Source of the DNA: the human T2T-CHM13v2.0 reference genome, Homo sapiens
Direction: 5' to 3' (one strand)
Assembly (NCBI RefSeq): GCF_009914755.1
Contig: NC_060934.1
DNA: 64,000 nucleotides
Part shown: in pieces, positions 24,649 to 38,560 of the stretch
How positions within the stretch are numbered: position 1 is the stretch's first letter
Layout: each line of letters starts with the position of its first letter
The notes under the pieces: model-generated
Databases searched by the model: none
Told to the model about the DNA's origin: nothing
What the model saw: only the letters and a program-made list of their open reading frames with translations
Position numbers and translations under genes: made by a program

Positions 24649-27600
24649 TCTTTTTTTTTTTTTTTTTTTGCCTCATTTTATCTATTTATTTACTTTTTTT
24701 GTACTAATCTTTTTTCTTTTTATTTCTAGTTGCCACATAATAATTATACATATTTATGGGATACAGGGTGATATTTTGATATGAGAATCCAATATGTAAT
24801 GATCAAATCAGGGTAATTAGCATAACCATGACCTCAAACATTTATTATTTATTTGTGTTGGGAACATTCCAAATTATCTCTTCTAGCTTTTTGCAAATAT
24901 GCAATAAGTTATTAATAACTATATTCACCTGCCAGTTCTATAGAACACTAGAACTTACTCCTCCTCTTAGCTGTAACTTTGTATTTGTTAATCAATCTCT
25001 CCCTATGCTTCTCCCTCCTCTTCCCAGACTCTGTCTCTACTCCTATAAGCTTAACTTTATTTTAGCTCCCACATATGAATAAGAACATGTAGTATTCATC
25101 TTTCTCTGCCTGAATTATTTCACTTAACATAAGGTTCTCCAGGATCATCCATGTTGCCATGAATGACAGGATTTTATTATTTTTTATGTCTAAATAGTAT
25201 TTCAACCACTTTTTTTATTCATCCATTTGTTGATGGTCATTTGAATTGATTCCATATCTTGGCTAACAGGAATAGTGCTGTGATAAATATGGGTGGGCAG
25301 GTATCTCTTAAATATACTGATTCCCTTTCCTTTGGACAAATATCCAGTAGTGGGATTGATAGATCTTAGGTACTTCTATTTTTAGTCTTTTGAGAAGCCT
25401 CCATACTGTTTTCCATGTGGCTGTACATATTTACATTTGTACCACAGTGTATGAGTTCCCTTTTCTCCACATCCTTGCCAGCATTTGTTATTTCTGTCTT
25501 TCTAATAATAGTCATTCTAACTGGGGTGAGATAATATCTCATTGCAGTTTTTATTTGTATTTTCCTTATTATTAGTGATATTGAATATTTTTTCATACAC
25601 TTGTTGGTCATTTGTATTTCTTCTTTTGTGAAATGTCTATTCAGAGCTTTTGCTGATTTTTAAAATCGGATTATTAGGTTTTTGCTGTTAAATTGTTTGA
25701 GTTTCTTGTTTATTCTATTAGTCTTTTGTTGGGCATATAGTTTGCGTATATTTTCACCCATTCCACATGTTATTTCTTCACTCTGATGATTATTTTCTTT
25801 GCTGTGCAGACTTTTTAGTTTCATGTGGTCCCATTTGTCTATTTTTGTTTTGGTTCCTTGTGCTTTTATAGTCTTACCCATAAAATATTTGCTTAGACCA
25901 ATGTTCTGAAGCATTTCCCCTATGTTTTCTTTTAGTAGTTTTGTAGTTTTTAAGCTATACATTTTTAAATCCATTTTGAGTTGATTTTTGCATATGGTGA
26001 GAGATAGGGGTCTAGTTAGTTTTATTCTTCTGTGTATTGATGTCCATTTCCCCAAGTACCATTTATTGAAGAAGGTGGCCCTTCCCCAATAAATGTTCTT
26101 GGTTCCTTTATCAAAAATCAGTTAGCTGTAAATACATGAGTTTATTTCTAGGCTCTGTATTCTGTTTCATTGGTCTATGTATTTGTTTGTAGACCAATAA
26201 CATGCTGTTTTGTTTACTATATCTTTGTAGCATATTTCAAAGTCAGGTAGTGTGATGCCTCCAGCTTTGTTTTTATGCTCAGATTGCATTGGCTATTCAG
26301 GGCATTTTGTGGTTCTATATAAAATTTAGAATTATTTTTTCTATTTATGTGAAGAATGCCATTGGTATTTTGATAGCAATCCCTATCAATTCCTAGCAAA
26401 TCTGTAAACTACTCTGGGCAGTATTGATATTTCAACAATATTCACTCTTCTAATCCATGAGCATCAGTTGACTTTCCATTTTTGTGTCCCCTTCCGTTCC
26501 TTTAATCAGTGTTTTATATTTCTCATTATAGAGATCTTTCATCTCCTTGGTTATATTTATTTCTTAATATTTTATTTTTATAGCTATTGTAAATGAGATT
26601 GCATTCTTCTTTTTCAGCTAGTTTGTGATTGGCATGCAGAAATGCTACTAATTTTTGTATGTTGATTTTGTAGCCTGCAACTTTACTAAATTTGTTTATC
26701 AGTTCTAAGAGATGTTGGGGAAGTCTTTATGTTTTTCTGCATATAAGAACATGTCATCTGCCAAAAGGAACAATTTGACTTCCTTTTTTCCAATCTGATT
26801 GCTCTTTGTTTCTTTCTCTTGCCTAATTCTTCTGGCTAGGACTTTTAGTACCATGCTGAATAGGAGTGGTAAAAGTAGATATTGTTGTCTTGTTCCTGTT
26901 CTCTTTCAGTATGATGGTAGCTGTGGGTTTGCCATATATAGCTTTTATTGTGTTGAGATTTGTTTCTTCTATACATAATTTGTTGAGAGTTCTTTTCATA
27001 AAGCAGTGTTAAATTTCATTAAATGCTTTTTCTGCATCAATTGAGATAAGCATAGGGTTTTTAATCCTTCATTCTGTTGATTAGTTTGCATGTGTTGAAC
27101 AGTTCTTGCATCCCTGGAATAAATCCCATTTGATTACGAGGTATAATCTTTTTGATGTGCTATTGGATTCAGTTTGCTAGTATTGTGTTGAAGATTTTTA
27201 CGTCTATGTTTATCAGGGATACTGGCCAGTAGCATTCATTAATTGCGTCCCTATCTGGTTTGGTTTCAGGGTAAAATTGGCCTCATAGAATGAATTAAGA
27301 CAAATTTTCTTCACTTCAATTTTTTGCAAGAGTTTGAGAAGAATTGGTGTTAGTTCTTCTTAAAATGTTTGGTAGGATTCAGTAGTAAATTATTCAGTCC
27401 TGGGCTTTTCCTTGTTGGGAGACCTTTTACTACTGATTCAATATTGTTACTCATTATTGGTCTGTTCAGGTTTTCTATTTCTTCTTGATTTAATCTTGGT
27501 GGGTTATATGTGTCCAGTAATTATCTGTTTCCTCTAGGTTTTCCAATATGTCAGCATATAAAACTCATACAATATAGACATAATAGTCATGCAATATTGT

Positions 27601-30600
27601 TCATAATAGTTTCTAATGATCCTTTGTATTTCTGTGATATGTTATAATGTCTTTTTCGTTTCTGATTTTATTTATTTGGATCGTCTCTCTTTTTTCCTAG
27701 TCTAGCTGATGGTGTGTTGATTTAACTTCTAAAACCAATGTTTTATTTCATTGATCTTTTTATTGCTTTCTTGTTTCTATTTTATTTAGTTTTGGCCTGT
27801 TCTTTATTATTTCCTTTCTTCTACTAATTTCAGATGTAATATTTTCTTTGCTCATTCCATGAGGTTCATAAGTAGGTTGTTCATATTTAAAATACTTTTA
27901 CTTTTATAATGTGGACATTTATTGCTATAAAGTTTCCCCTTGGTGCTGTTTTTGTTGCATCCCATTGGTTTGGGTATATTGTATTTTTATTTTCATTTGT
28001 TTCAAGAAATTTTTTCATTTCCTTTTTAATTTCTTAATAGACCTATTGGTGATTCAAGCACATGTTGTTTAATTTCCATGTATTTGTACAGTTTCCAGAG
28101 TTCCTCTTGTTATTGATTTCTAGTTTTATTCAATTGTGTTCTAAGATACTTGGTATGATTTTGAGTTTTAAAAATTTGTTGAGACTTTTTTGTTACCTAA
28201 CATGGTGTATTCTGAAGAATGTTCCATGTGCCAGTGAGAAGAATGTGCATTCTCTAGCTGCTGGATGAGATGTTCTGTAAATGTCTGTTAGTTCCATTTG
28301 ATCTATAGTGCAGTTTGAGTCTTATGTTTGTTTGTTGATTTGCTATCTAGATTATCTGTCCAACGCTGAAAGTGGGGTGTTGAAGTCCCCAACTAATATT
28401 GTATTGATATCTATCCCTCTCTTCAGCCCTAAAAATATTTGCTAGTCTGCTGCTCTGATGAGGGATTCATGTACATTTACAATTGTCATATCCTCTCGCT
28501 AAATGGATCCCTTTATCATTATATAACTTGCCTCTTTTTATGTTTTTTGACTTAATATCTATTTTGTCTAATATAAGTATGGCTACTTCTGCATGCTTTT
28601 GGTTTTCATTTGTGTGGAATATCTTTTGTCACCCCTTGGCTTTCTGTCTATGTGTGGCTTTACAGGTAAATAAATTTCTTGTAGGCAGTATATAGTTGGG
28701 GCTTGTTTTCTTGTCTATTCAGCCACTCTATGATTTTTAATTAGGGAATTTAAACCTTCCATTCAAGATTGTTATTGATAGATGAGGACTTACTCCTGTC
28801 ATTTTGTTAATTGTCTTCTGATTGTTCTGCATGTCCTTTGTTCCTTTCTTTCTCTCTTATTGTTTATTTTTGGAGATTGATGGTTTTCTATAGTAAAAAC
28901 ATTTGATTCCTTTTGTTTCCTATTTGTGTATCTGCTCTTCCAGTGAGTTTTATACTTTCATGTGTTTTTATAATGGTATGTGTCATCCTTTTGCTCCCAG
29001 ATATAGAACGTGCTTAAGCACTTCTGGTAGGATCCATCTAAAGGTGATGAATTCCTTCAGTTTTTCCTTGTCTGAAAAAGACTTTATTTCTCTTGCATTT
29101 CTGAAAGATAGCTTTGCTGGGTATCGTATTCTTGTCTGTAAGTTTTATTTCTTTTTCTTTCAGCATTTTAAACATATAATTCTGTTCTCCTCTGGCCTGC
29201 AAGATTTCTGTTGAGAAATCTGTTAGTCTAATGAACATCCCTTTATATGTGACTTGATGCTTTTCTCTTGCTGATTTTATAATTATCTGTTTGTCTTTTC
29301 CAAAGTTAAACTTTTGACTGTTTATCTGTAATGTGCCTCAGAGAAGGCCTTTTGAGATGAGTCTATATTGGTACTTTGAGCTTCCTGTATCTGGATGTCT
29401 ATATCTCTCCAAAGACTTGGAGAATTTTCTGTTGTTATTTCATTAAATAAGTTTTACCTGCATTTTTGTATCTTTTCTACTTTTGGAACTCTCAAAATGT
29501 GAATGTTTATTTACTCAACCTTTTTCCCATTTAGAAAAAAAAGTGCAGCTTGCTGCCAGCGCTCATTTAATTTTACATACTCACATTCTTTGAGGCTGAA
29601 GCAAATCTGACTGATTTTCAATGTGAAAATAAAATGTAAAAACTGCTCTTTGAGTTATATTTCTAAACAGAACTAATGTCAGAATCATCTGAATCATCAA
29701 AATCATCTATTTTGGAAAAATCTAATCCACCAAATGAATCTTTGGCTAACAACTGTTAGAGAACAATGTTAACATCACATGTAGGAATGCTACATTTTCT
29801 AGGATTTGACATTTTAAGCAATCGAGAATTACTATACTTTGTAAATGGAAACACTACTACTAAAAACAGAATGCTATAAATAGAATGATGTCTTTTGTTT
29901 CCAAAGTTGGTATAATAGAGTGATGCAAAAATAATAATAAAAGTGAGATACTTCATGGCTAAATTGTCTCAGGGTAAATGCTGCCACCACAAGTGTTGCT
30001 GACAAGTATTCTTGGGGCAAATGGGAAAAGGGTTAATAATGTTCCATATGTCATATAGGCTTTCTATTTTCATGTTTCTTTTTTTCCTTTTTTGGTTTGA
30101 CTGAGTTATTTCAAAAGACTTGTCATCAAGTTCAGAAATTCTTTCTTCTACTCAATGTAGTCTAATGTTGAAGCTCTTGATTGTATTTTTAATTTTATTC
30201 ATTGAATTTTCAGTTCTAAGATTTCTATTTGGTTCTCTTTTTATAATATCTGTCTCTTTGTTGACTTTCTCATTCATATCATGAATTGTTTTTCTGATAT
30301 CTTTATATTATCTGTCTTCTCTTGTATATCACTAAATTTCTTTTAAATTATTATTTTGGATTCCTTTTCATGCATGTCATATATTTTGTTTTCTTTGGGG
30401 TCTGTTAGTGGAAAATTATTGTTTTCCTTTGGAGGTGGCATGTTTCCTTGCTTTTATATTTCTTGTGTTCTTACATTGATATTCGCATGTCTGGTATAAC
30501 AGTCACTACTTCCAATTTTATGGGGTAGCTTTCATAGGGAAAGCTTTCATGGGGACTTTTTCCTGTAGACATGTCTATAGTGTTGGTTAGGTGAGGTGCT

Positions 30601-31075
30601 TTGGCTTTGGTTCTGAGTAGGTGCAGTAGGGTAATCTCTATATGGTTTCTTTGGCTGTAATCAATGTAAGTGGTGTCTGTGAGCTCCTCAGTGGCTCAGG
30701 CTACAGATATTTGTAGAGGCTGTGGGGTGCAGACAGGGATAAAAGGAGGCTAGTCTTTGTGACCCTGGGTGGTACTTGCAAGTGCCAGCAGTAGCAACAG
30801 TAGGACCCCTGGTGGGTCTCTTCTCAGGTCCCGGATGTCCCCATCCCTGGGGGCAGAGTTGTCATCAATATTGGTAACTCTGGGAAGTCTGCTGTCAGCT
30901 TCTGAGGAGCACATGCTTGGGCTTTTTATGTGCTGGGGCAGCATTCTTGATGTGCTAGACCATCTGTTTTCCAGGACATAGGGTGCGGACTAGGCTCAAC
31001 TGCCAGCAATGATGCTGCCTCTCTGTGTTCACCTGGTGCCGTGACACTACAGCCCTCTGGGTAGATGTCATAGGG
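24649..31075 (-). mobile_element. Near full-length decayed L1MA (3'UTR, ORF2, ORF1, part of the 5' region)
   Basis: ORF2 remnants (IQIKTAMRYYLTPVRM; KTKIDKWDHMKLKS), ORF1 remnant (IRLTDFSTEILQAR...FKMLKEK), T-rich tail; interrupts an L2 3' end. Confidence 0.93.
29519..30032 (-). mobile_element. MER75 (piggyBac non-autonomous transposon) nested in the L1MA
   Basis: TIRs cctttttcccattt / aaatgggaaaaggg, flanked by tcaa and ttaa (TTAA target), ~514 bp. Confidence 0.92.
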
Positions 31076-32444
31076 GTCATCTCAATGCATATTTATTAAG
31101 TAGATTAATAAATGTCTGAATATCTTCCAATGGCCAGTACAAGGAATTAGAAAACATAATTCTTGCTCCTGAATCACAGAGACATTATTTATGAGATAAA
31201 ATGACTGCATACGCCTTAGAAACTTGAACAGATATACACTTCTGGCATAAATTAAAAAGGCATAATAACGCCCCATTTATACTACTTCAACCAACTTTTG
31301 TAATTATGTACTGTACTGCAGGGAAAAGAAGAAATGCTTCTAAGATGAGAAAAGCCTACTTTTTGCTTTTTAAACATTTATTTAATTTAGCTTCCTGAGA
31401 TGCAGAAGTATTGTCAGAAAGCCTGACCTTCCCTGTTTACACATCAGTGAACAACACACTTTCTTATATATCAAGAATTCTTACCATCCCCTGGGAAAAG
31501 TGGTAGGGCACTTAAACACTTTATCCCTATGGCCAAACCCATCTTGGCAGATGATCTTATGGCTTAGGTTTTCTAAGGGCAAAACAGGACTAAAAATATA
31601 TCAGAGAGAGGAAAGAAGAAAGAGAAGGGAGAAGGATTAGGAATGAGTGGTGAGCTGTAAAGCAGGAAGAAACTGATGGTTCCAAATGAAAACAAAGAGT
31701 CTGCCTTTCCTTCCAATGTCAAGAAAATTGCCCCGGCCTAAAAAGAGGTCTGGAAAGGATGAGGGGCAAAGAAACTGCCTTGTGAAGACATGGTCCAGTA
31801 CCTCTCCAAAGAAAATATTTTAGAAAAGTTAAACATAAAAAAAAGAGATCTAAGATTTGTCGTGCCCCCAGAGATCTCTCCCCCTCTTTTATTTTCTGAC
31901 TGAGAAAAAAAGGATTAGATGAGGTAGGGTCACCACAAATGGAAGTGCACACATGCTGCCCATTTCCAAAATTCCTGAGCACTTAGGGCAAATACTGGAG
32001 TGATGGGAAATGTAACCCAAAGATGAAATGAGGGGCTAAGGGGTGCATTTATCAACCTCAAACTATGCATTTTAAAATTTGTCCTCCCAGATTCTGACCA
32101 TAATGGAAAAAGCTTACATCAAATTGTATAATAAGTGATTCTTTATAGGCCAGAAAACTCTGTTAAATGGAAAGCTAAGAGACAAACGATTCTGTTAACC
32201 ACATGGAAAAACTTGTGGAATCTGAATGACAATGTATATTTTATGGGTGTCCATTAGATCTGAGACCAGTCTCTTTCAAACCAGGCAAACTGAAAGAAGA
32301 TAATTTCTTTCCTAAAATGAAAGTTAAGAACTCAATTCCTTGGTTCATAATACGCTATCCTCTTTTTTAAAGGCAATTTGGCATGTTTAAAATTCAAGAA
32401 AAGATTATATTAAATCACAACACCACTCTGAATATGTTAGGTTT

Positions 32445-32565
32445 CATTAATCAACAATTATTTACTGAACACTCTTTATGTATGAGGCACTGTGTGAAGC
32501 ACTGGAGATACCAGGACAAACAACAACAAAAAAAAACACATTACCTCTGCATTCCCTAGCTTGTA
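32445..32565 (-). mobile_element. L2 3' fragment
   Basis: tcaacaattatttactgaacact...tatgaggcactgtg...gcactggagatac. Confidence 0.65.
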
Positions 32566-32944
32566 CTTATCTCTAAAGTAGCAATAGACTCTTTGAGAAT
32601 AACATGGATTTAGCTTTCATTTCAGAATATATAGAAAGCAGAGCTCCAAATTTCTGTTAATGCATATCTAGGGTTCTTACCTAATCACATAAGAGGACAG
32701 AGACAAGCATTATACTTGGAGAGATGCTATAAGTTATAAAAAGATGAGAGAGATGCTTCTATTCATCTCCATAAAGAACACAGACATGTTGGAATTGTGC
32801 TAGTTATAAGAACAAATCTATTAAACTTGACCAATCTCTGACATTTTAGATTAAGTCCATAGTTTTATTTCCCAGTATATCAATCACTTTTGGAGATCAC
32901 TGCTATTTTCAGTAAATCCGTGGGGGCTTGTAAAATTATTCATT

Positions 32945-33065
32945 ATCTGATCCTCAATTTCCCAGTCTGTAAAATTGGGATAATAATACCTACTTTGCAG
33001 AGTGGTTATTTAGGTAAGTACAATAATATCTGTATAGTGCTAGACACAGTTGATCCTCAAAATGG
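32945..33065 (+). mobile_element. MIR fragment
   Basis: cctcaatttcccagtctgtaaaattgggataataatacctac. Confidence 0.7.
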
Positions 33066-35419
33066 TTGATTTCTCCCCTTTTCGTTTTTCATAATGAAAT
33101 GGCTGACTGATGAAGTGGCAATTCCTCTGTATTCGAAAACATTCATACCTGAAAGCTGTGAGGAGTTGCAATTGACAGAGATGATGTAGAGCTAAATCAT
33201 TCATCGGGAAGATGGTGGGGACTAGAATGCAACTGTTTTCCAACTCTGAGATTCTACAAAACCCTTGATTAGATGTTGCCATGGAGCTTCAGTTTCCTCT
33301 TTCTTAGTAAGCAAGTCTGGATACCCAATCTGCCTTAGAGGTTCAGATGCACTTCATTGTTTATTAGGCACGTCTGATGTGGGAGACACATTCCAGGTGC
33401 CTCCAACATGTTATAGCAGTCAATCCTTTCAACACTCTAGTGGGAAAGAGATTTTAAGGATGTGACAACAAAGTCTCAGCAATGTAAAAATTCAATATAA
33501 ACTCAATGAGTGAAAGAGTCAGGGTTCGAATTCAAGACTTTCTACTAACTCAAATCCACATCTTTCATCCTCAACAATACTCAGGTTTGGATGTGGTTAA
33601 ATTAGAACTTGATTTATCTGGCAGAAAGGGCCATGGATAATGGGTGTTTTTAACTTTTGGCTGCTACTAACCAAGCTCTCATATCCTCTGTTAATTTTAA
33701 AACTTCAGCAAGGGCTGCCTGTGTTTCTTGTTATTGCTGGGGATGCTTGGACAGCATTTTACCCTTTGGATTCTGGGAGCACAGGTGTGGAAACTAGAGT
33801 AAAAGCCAAAAATTTAATGATTTTGAACTCCCAAAGCATGAGGCTCTGGGCTCTCGAGCCCTCAACCGAAGACACAGTGGGGGAATAATGAGAAACAGCT
33901 GCATTGCTTTTCATCTTATTTAGGATTTAGGGAAAGAGAAGTTATTGTAAATCACATTTTTTGAAGTCACTGGAGTATTAGGAAATACCTTTAAACATTT
34001 TATCACACCACAGTTGAATATGAAATATGAGTTGCATTTAAAATTTCTCATCAAATTTGAAGACAATTTTGCCCAGAGGCATCCATCTGCAAGTTTAGCA
34101 AACCAGGTATCAGCTATATTTCATAACAGGCTGGAAAGATACCCCAGAAAATAAGTGTTCTCTGACAGAAGTACTGTTTCCATTAGGTCAACTGTAGACG
34201 GTAAGAATTTCTCTGTGAGCCTTTGCAACCCATTTATCCACAAAGGAAGCTCAGTCTAAAATTCTCTTTTCCTAAATGACCAATAGAAACTGAGAGTCAA
34301 AAACAGAGGAAACTAGCTCTCTTTTCAAAAGTCTGTTGGATTCTGGGTTAAACACAACATCCCACAACATCTAGCAGATTATTTAGACACTATTTAGCAT
34401 CTCGAATCCAAGCCCTACATTAAATATTTGCAGCATGGAAGGCATTATGCATAGAAGATGAAACTCCCGAACAGAAAATTATTGGCTGTCATCTAAGAAA
34501 TAAATGACTCCTACTTCTGTATTTGCTATGATCAGTGTGTTGTTGAGATATTGTGCAGTTACTATGGAGATGGCAGGTCTAATAAAAAAGCTGTAATCTC
34601 CATTAGCACTGCAAAAATGACTCCACTCAGCCCCATGAATTAAATGAACCCTGCCTTGCAATTTGGTAGAAGGCACTAAGTGCTTCAACCTCTTTTACTG
34701 CTCTTATAAGAAGCAGTCGACTCCAATAGGTTGTGTTAGTATTGGAGAAATGCAGTGGTTTAGCTAAAAGCTACAGCATATATTTAAGGCAGCATATTTC
34801 TTTACAATTATATCCAATGATTCATTTATATTGGAAGTTTATGAATGTGAAATGGTTAGCCACCCTCAACTGATATGCTATTTAATTTTGTTTTTCAATG
34901 TGAAAATATTATTTATCATCCATTGCAAAGTTATTCTGAGGCTCCAAGGTAAGCAGAGAAAAAAATATTTAGAGTCTGGGTCACTTTTGAATTGGCCAGG
35001 AAATAACAGAAGCAAAATAAATGAGTTTTTATCAGATTTGCTATTTTCGTCATTTGAAATATGTCTCAACTCATTACTGTTCTTACTGCACTTTTCATCA
35101 AAGGAATTGACACGTAGTTTATACATCACAGTGATTTGAATATTAGAGACTTGAAATCCACTCTTCCCTATTTGCTGGTGGGCAATGAGTTGTCAGAAAA
35201 GCAAAGAATCCTGCCAGAGAATTAGGAGAGTCATATTTTGTTCCAAGTTAAACTTTTGTTTTGTTTTGTTTTGTTTCCATACCATCCATACCTGGGCTAC
35301 CAAATTACTCTCTGTTGTCCGGGACAGCCTTCCTGCTTGCTTTAAAGATGTGATCCTTCTTGGCCTATTGTTTTATCATAGCCCCCCACTCTCATCCACA
35401 TACCTATTCAAATTCTACC

Positions 35420-35593
35420 CTTTCTCTGGCAGCTGATTAGATGGTGCCCACCCAGATTAAGGGTGGGTCTGCCTTTTTCAGCCCACTTACTCAAACATTA
35501 ATCTCCTTTGGCAACACCCTCACAGATACTCTCAGGATTGATACTTTGCATCCTTCAATCTAATCAAGTTGACACTCAGTATTAACCATTATA
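35420..35593 (-). mobile_element. MLT2A (ERVL) LTR 5' fragment
   Basis: gcagctgattagatggtgcccacccagatt...caatctaatcaagttgacactcagtattaaccat. Confidence 0.8.
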
Positions 35594-35599
35594 TTGTCT

Positions 35600-36015
35600 T
35601 TCTCAGAGGCCGTACACAGTCTGACCCTGACCCCCTTTTCTCTGACTTCATTCCCTGTGACTCTCCTCCTGATCATTGCTCTCAGCCATTCTGTGCTTCG
35701 TGCTGTCCCTGTGACTCAGCCCCTGTGCCAACATCTGAGGGTCTTTCCACATGCTCTTCCTCTTTCTGGAGTGCCTTTCCCCCAGATTTTCACATGGCTC
35801 TCCCCTTTTCTCCTTCAGGTCTCTGCTAAGGGCAATTAAGCTTTTCCAGAAAATCTTGTCTACAATTGCATCTCTCTTCTCTCAATACTCCCTCCACACA
35901 CAATTACTCTTCTCCCTCCTTGCTTTATTTTTTCTCCTTGGCACTTATCCCAAGCCAACCTATTACATTTTACTTACTACCTTCTTATTCCCTGTTCTCT
36001 GTCCCTACTAGAATT
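35600..36015 (+). mobile_element. L2 fragment
   Basis: agggtctttccacatgctcttcc...ggagtgcctttcccccagat..cacatggctc. Confidence 0.6.
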
Positions 36016-36023
36016 GGGCTTCC

Positions 36024-36213
36024 CTTCCTCACATGGCAGAAGGGGTGGATGAGCTCCCTTGAGCCTCTTTTATAAAGGCACTAATCCCATTCATAAGGGT
36101 GGGGCTCTCATGACCTAATTACCCCCAAAAGATCCCACCTTTTAATACCACCGCATTTGGAATTAGGTTTCAATATATAAATGGGGGGCATACAAACATT
36201 TAGGCCATAGCAG
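36024..36213 (-). mobile_element. MaLR LTR fragment (MLT1A/MST type)
   Basis: cctcacatggcagaagg...ggcactaatcccattcat...catgacctaattacc...aaacatttaggccatagca. Confidence 0.8.
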
Positions 36214-37814
36214 TATTTTTACTTCCAGATTTCTATTTCAATGTGATGACCTGGATCTACCTCCCTAGGTGGCAATCATTAGCTAGAGCAGGGCGGCAGC
36301 TGCACAGCCCTTTTAAGAAGGATATATGATCCAGGTTACCACAGACCTCACCACTTCTCTTACTATGTCTTAAACACTACATTCATCTACATTACTCATA
36401 ATGCTAAGAAGGCATTTGAGTCTGGAACCCCTGGCCTAGACCTTCCAAACCAAGACTGGGATGGGGACCATGTCATGTTGGCACAACTCTATATACATCA
36501 CCGTACTCAAAAAGGCTGTTCCTCCTGGAATCAGGAATCCAGGAACAGGAAGCACAAAGCCCAATTCTGTTAGGGGGGATGAGGAGAGAAAATTACCTTT
36601 TTATTATTTTGCTAATGATTTTGTTCTAGAGGAAAAAAAAAACCACAGAATAATTTCTATATGAAACTTTTAGCATCATTCAGTAGTTTTACTGCTAAGA
36701 AGCAATTAGTTTTACATAAAGATAAGTCCATTGAATTTTTCATCATTCACCTGTAAGAAATGCCAGAGGATCGGTTGTGGGCCCCTCAGAAGAACTTGGC
36801 TCAGTTCACCAGGAGAAAGCCAGACACAGTTTGAGAAGCAGGCTCCAGAAAGAATATTCTGATTGAATCAGGCACATGCTGTCTCCTGGGACACTCTATC
36901 ATCATCAGCTTGGGGATACAGTCTTGGTTATGATACTCAAATATAATCCAACCTAGTCCTGAGTAAATTTGTCCCATTTTCCTCAAAAGTTAACTAAAAG
37001 AAAACAGACAGCCACCCTTTGGAGAGCCCAATAAACATGCATAAGCCCCAGTCTTCAGAGATGCTTTCCCAGACTCTGAGGGAGTGGCAGCCATACAGCA
37101 GTAAGAGCCACAGTTGTGACATTGAAGGACCATTATTGGCAGAACTGGCGACTCACCCATCAGGCAGGCAGGCAGTTTGATGAAATGTGACTTTGAAGTT
37201 GACAGCAAACAAATGTAATGGGCTCTCAAGGAACACACCAAGACATTTGCGACGTTGCTAAAGGAAGGAAGGAGACTCTAGTTTCTAGTAATTATAATTG
37301 GTACAGACTTATTCAAAGATATTTACCACTGTCATTGTTACTTCTGGCTTTGTCTCCCTCAGCTTCTAAGGCATAGGAAGCAGTGGCTTTACAGTCCATA
37401 TAACCAGCATTAAATATGATTTCAGACATCACTCTTTCCCTATTCAAAGGTAAAAACACATAAGACTCTTGATCCTTCATTTTTATAGGAACTAAAAAAA
37501 ACCTGTTGATTCATGTCAAGCCCACTCACTACATTAAAGTGGTTGTTTACATTTTTCACCATCCAATTGTCTGTTGTAAGATCCTCTGGGACTACTAAGC
37601 ACATGAGATGAGTGTCCAGAGAGATGTGATCCTCGACCGTGGCTGGTAGCTCAAGCCCAGTCAACCCATTTGCAGATGGGTGCCATTTCTATATTGCTGT
37701 TGGTCACAAGAGGAACTCAATATGTGATTACAGACTAACACAAGGAAAGACCTCCCACTCCTGGAAAACTATCTGAGAATGAGGAACTTGTCTCCTGTTT
37801 CTATATAGAAGGAC

Positions 37815-38015
37815 AGCACATAGGAAAGAGCATTGGCTTTGAATTTAGAAGGACTCAGGTCAAGATTCAACCTCTGCCTCTTCCTGTAAGTATAGCCTCT
37901 AGCACTTGCTTAGTTTTCTCATGCGTAAAATGAGGATGATAATGCAACCCAGTAGTATTGTGGCTCAGGTGAAAAATAATACAGGTAAAGGACCTAGTCC
38001 ACCACGGGCTCACTA
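37815..38015 (+). mobile_element. MIR
   Basis: ggaaagagcattggctttg...ttttctcatgcgtaaaatgaggatgataat. Confidence 0.65.
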
Positions 38016-38209
38016 AGAATCAATGAAGGGTCATTAATTTGGTGGTGGTTGTTGTTCCTACACAAAGAATATTGTAGAGAATCAGAGAGCCATAGAACTG
38101 AAAGCAACCTTGAGGTTTTCTAATCCTACTGTCTTTGAGAAGCATGAAGCATTTCACGTAAGGGATTGTCCAACCTTTGCTTCAAATTGTCATTTTCCAT
38201 TAGCATTAT

Positions 38210-38360
38210 GTTTTATTTCTATTTTCATTTTTTTTTATAGAGAGAGACAGGATCTGTCCCTGTTGCCCAAGGTCTCGAATAAATTCCTGGTCTCAAGTGA
38301 TCCTCCTGCTTCAGCCTCCCAATGTGTTAGAATTATAGGCATGAGCCACCATGCCCAGCC
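38210..38360 (-). mobile_element. Alu monomer (FLAM/AluJ-like)
   Basis: tgttgcccaagg...ctcaagtgatcctcctgcttcagcctccc...gagccaccatgcccagcc. Confidence 0.85.
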
Positions 38361-38394
38361 TCCACTAACATTAATAACAAGATTACCTAACACT

Positions 38395-38560
38395 GAGTAG
38401 TATGTGTGAATGCTTACTTTGATGTTTAATGCTCACTCTGAATGTATGGCATAAGTACTGTTATCATCATCTTCTGCTTTATAACCAAAAACTTGGAGGC
38501 TTAGAGAGGTTCCATAACTTGCTCAAGGTCACACTGTGGGCCTTGAACCCTGATGCTCTC
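38395..38560 (-). mobile_element. MIR
   Basis: gaggcttagagaggtt..taacttgctcaaggtcacac. Confidence 0.7.
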
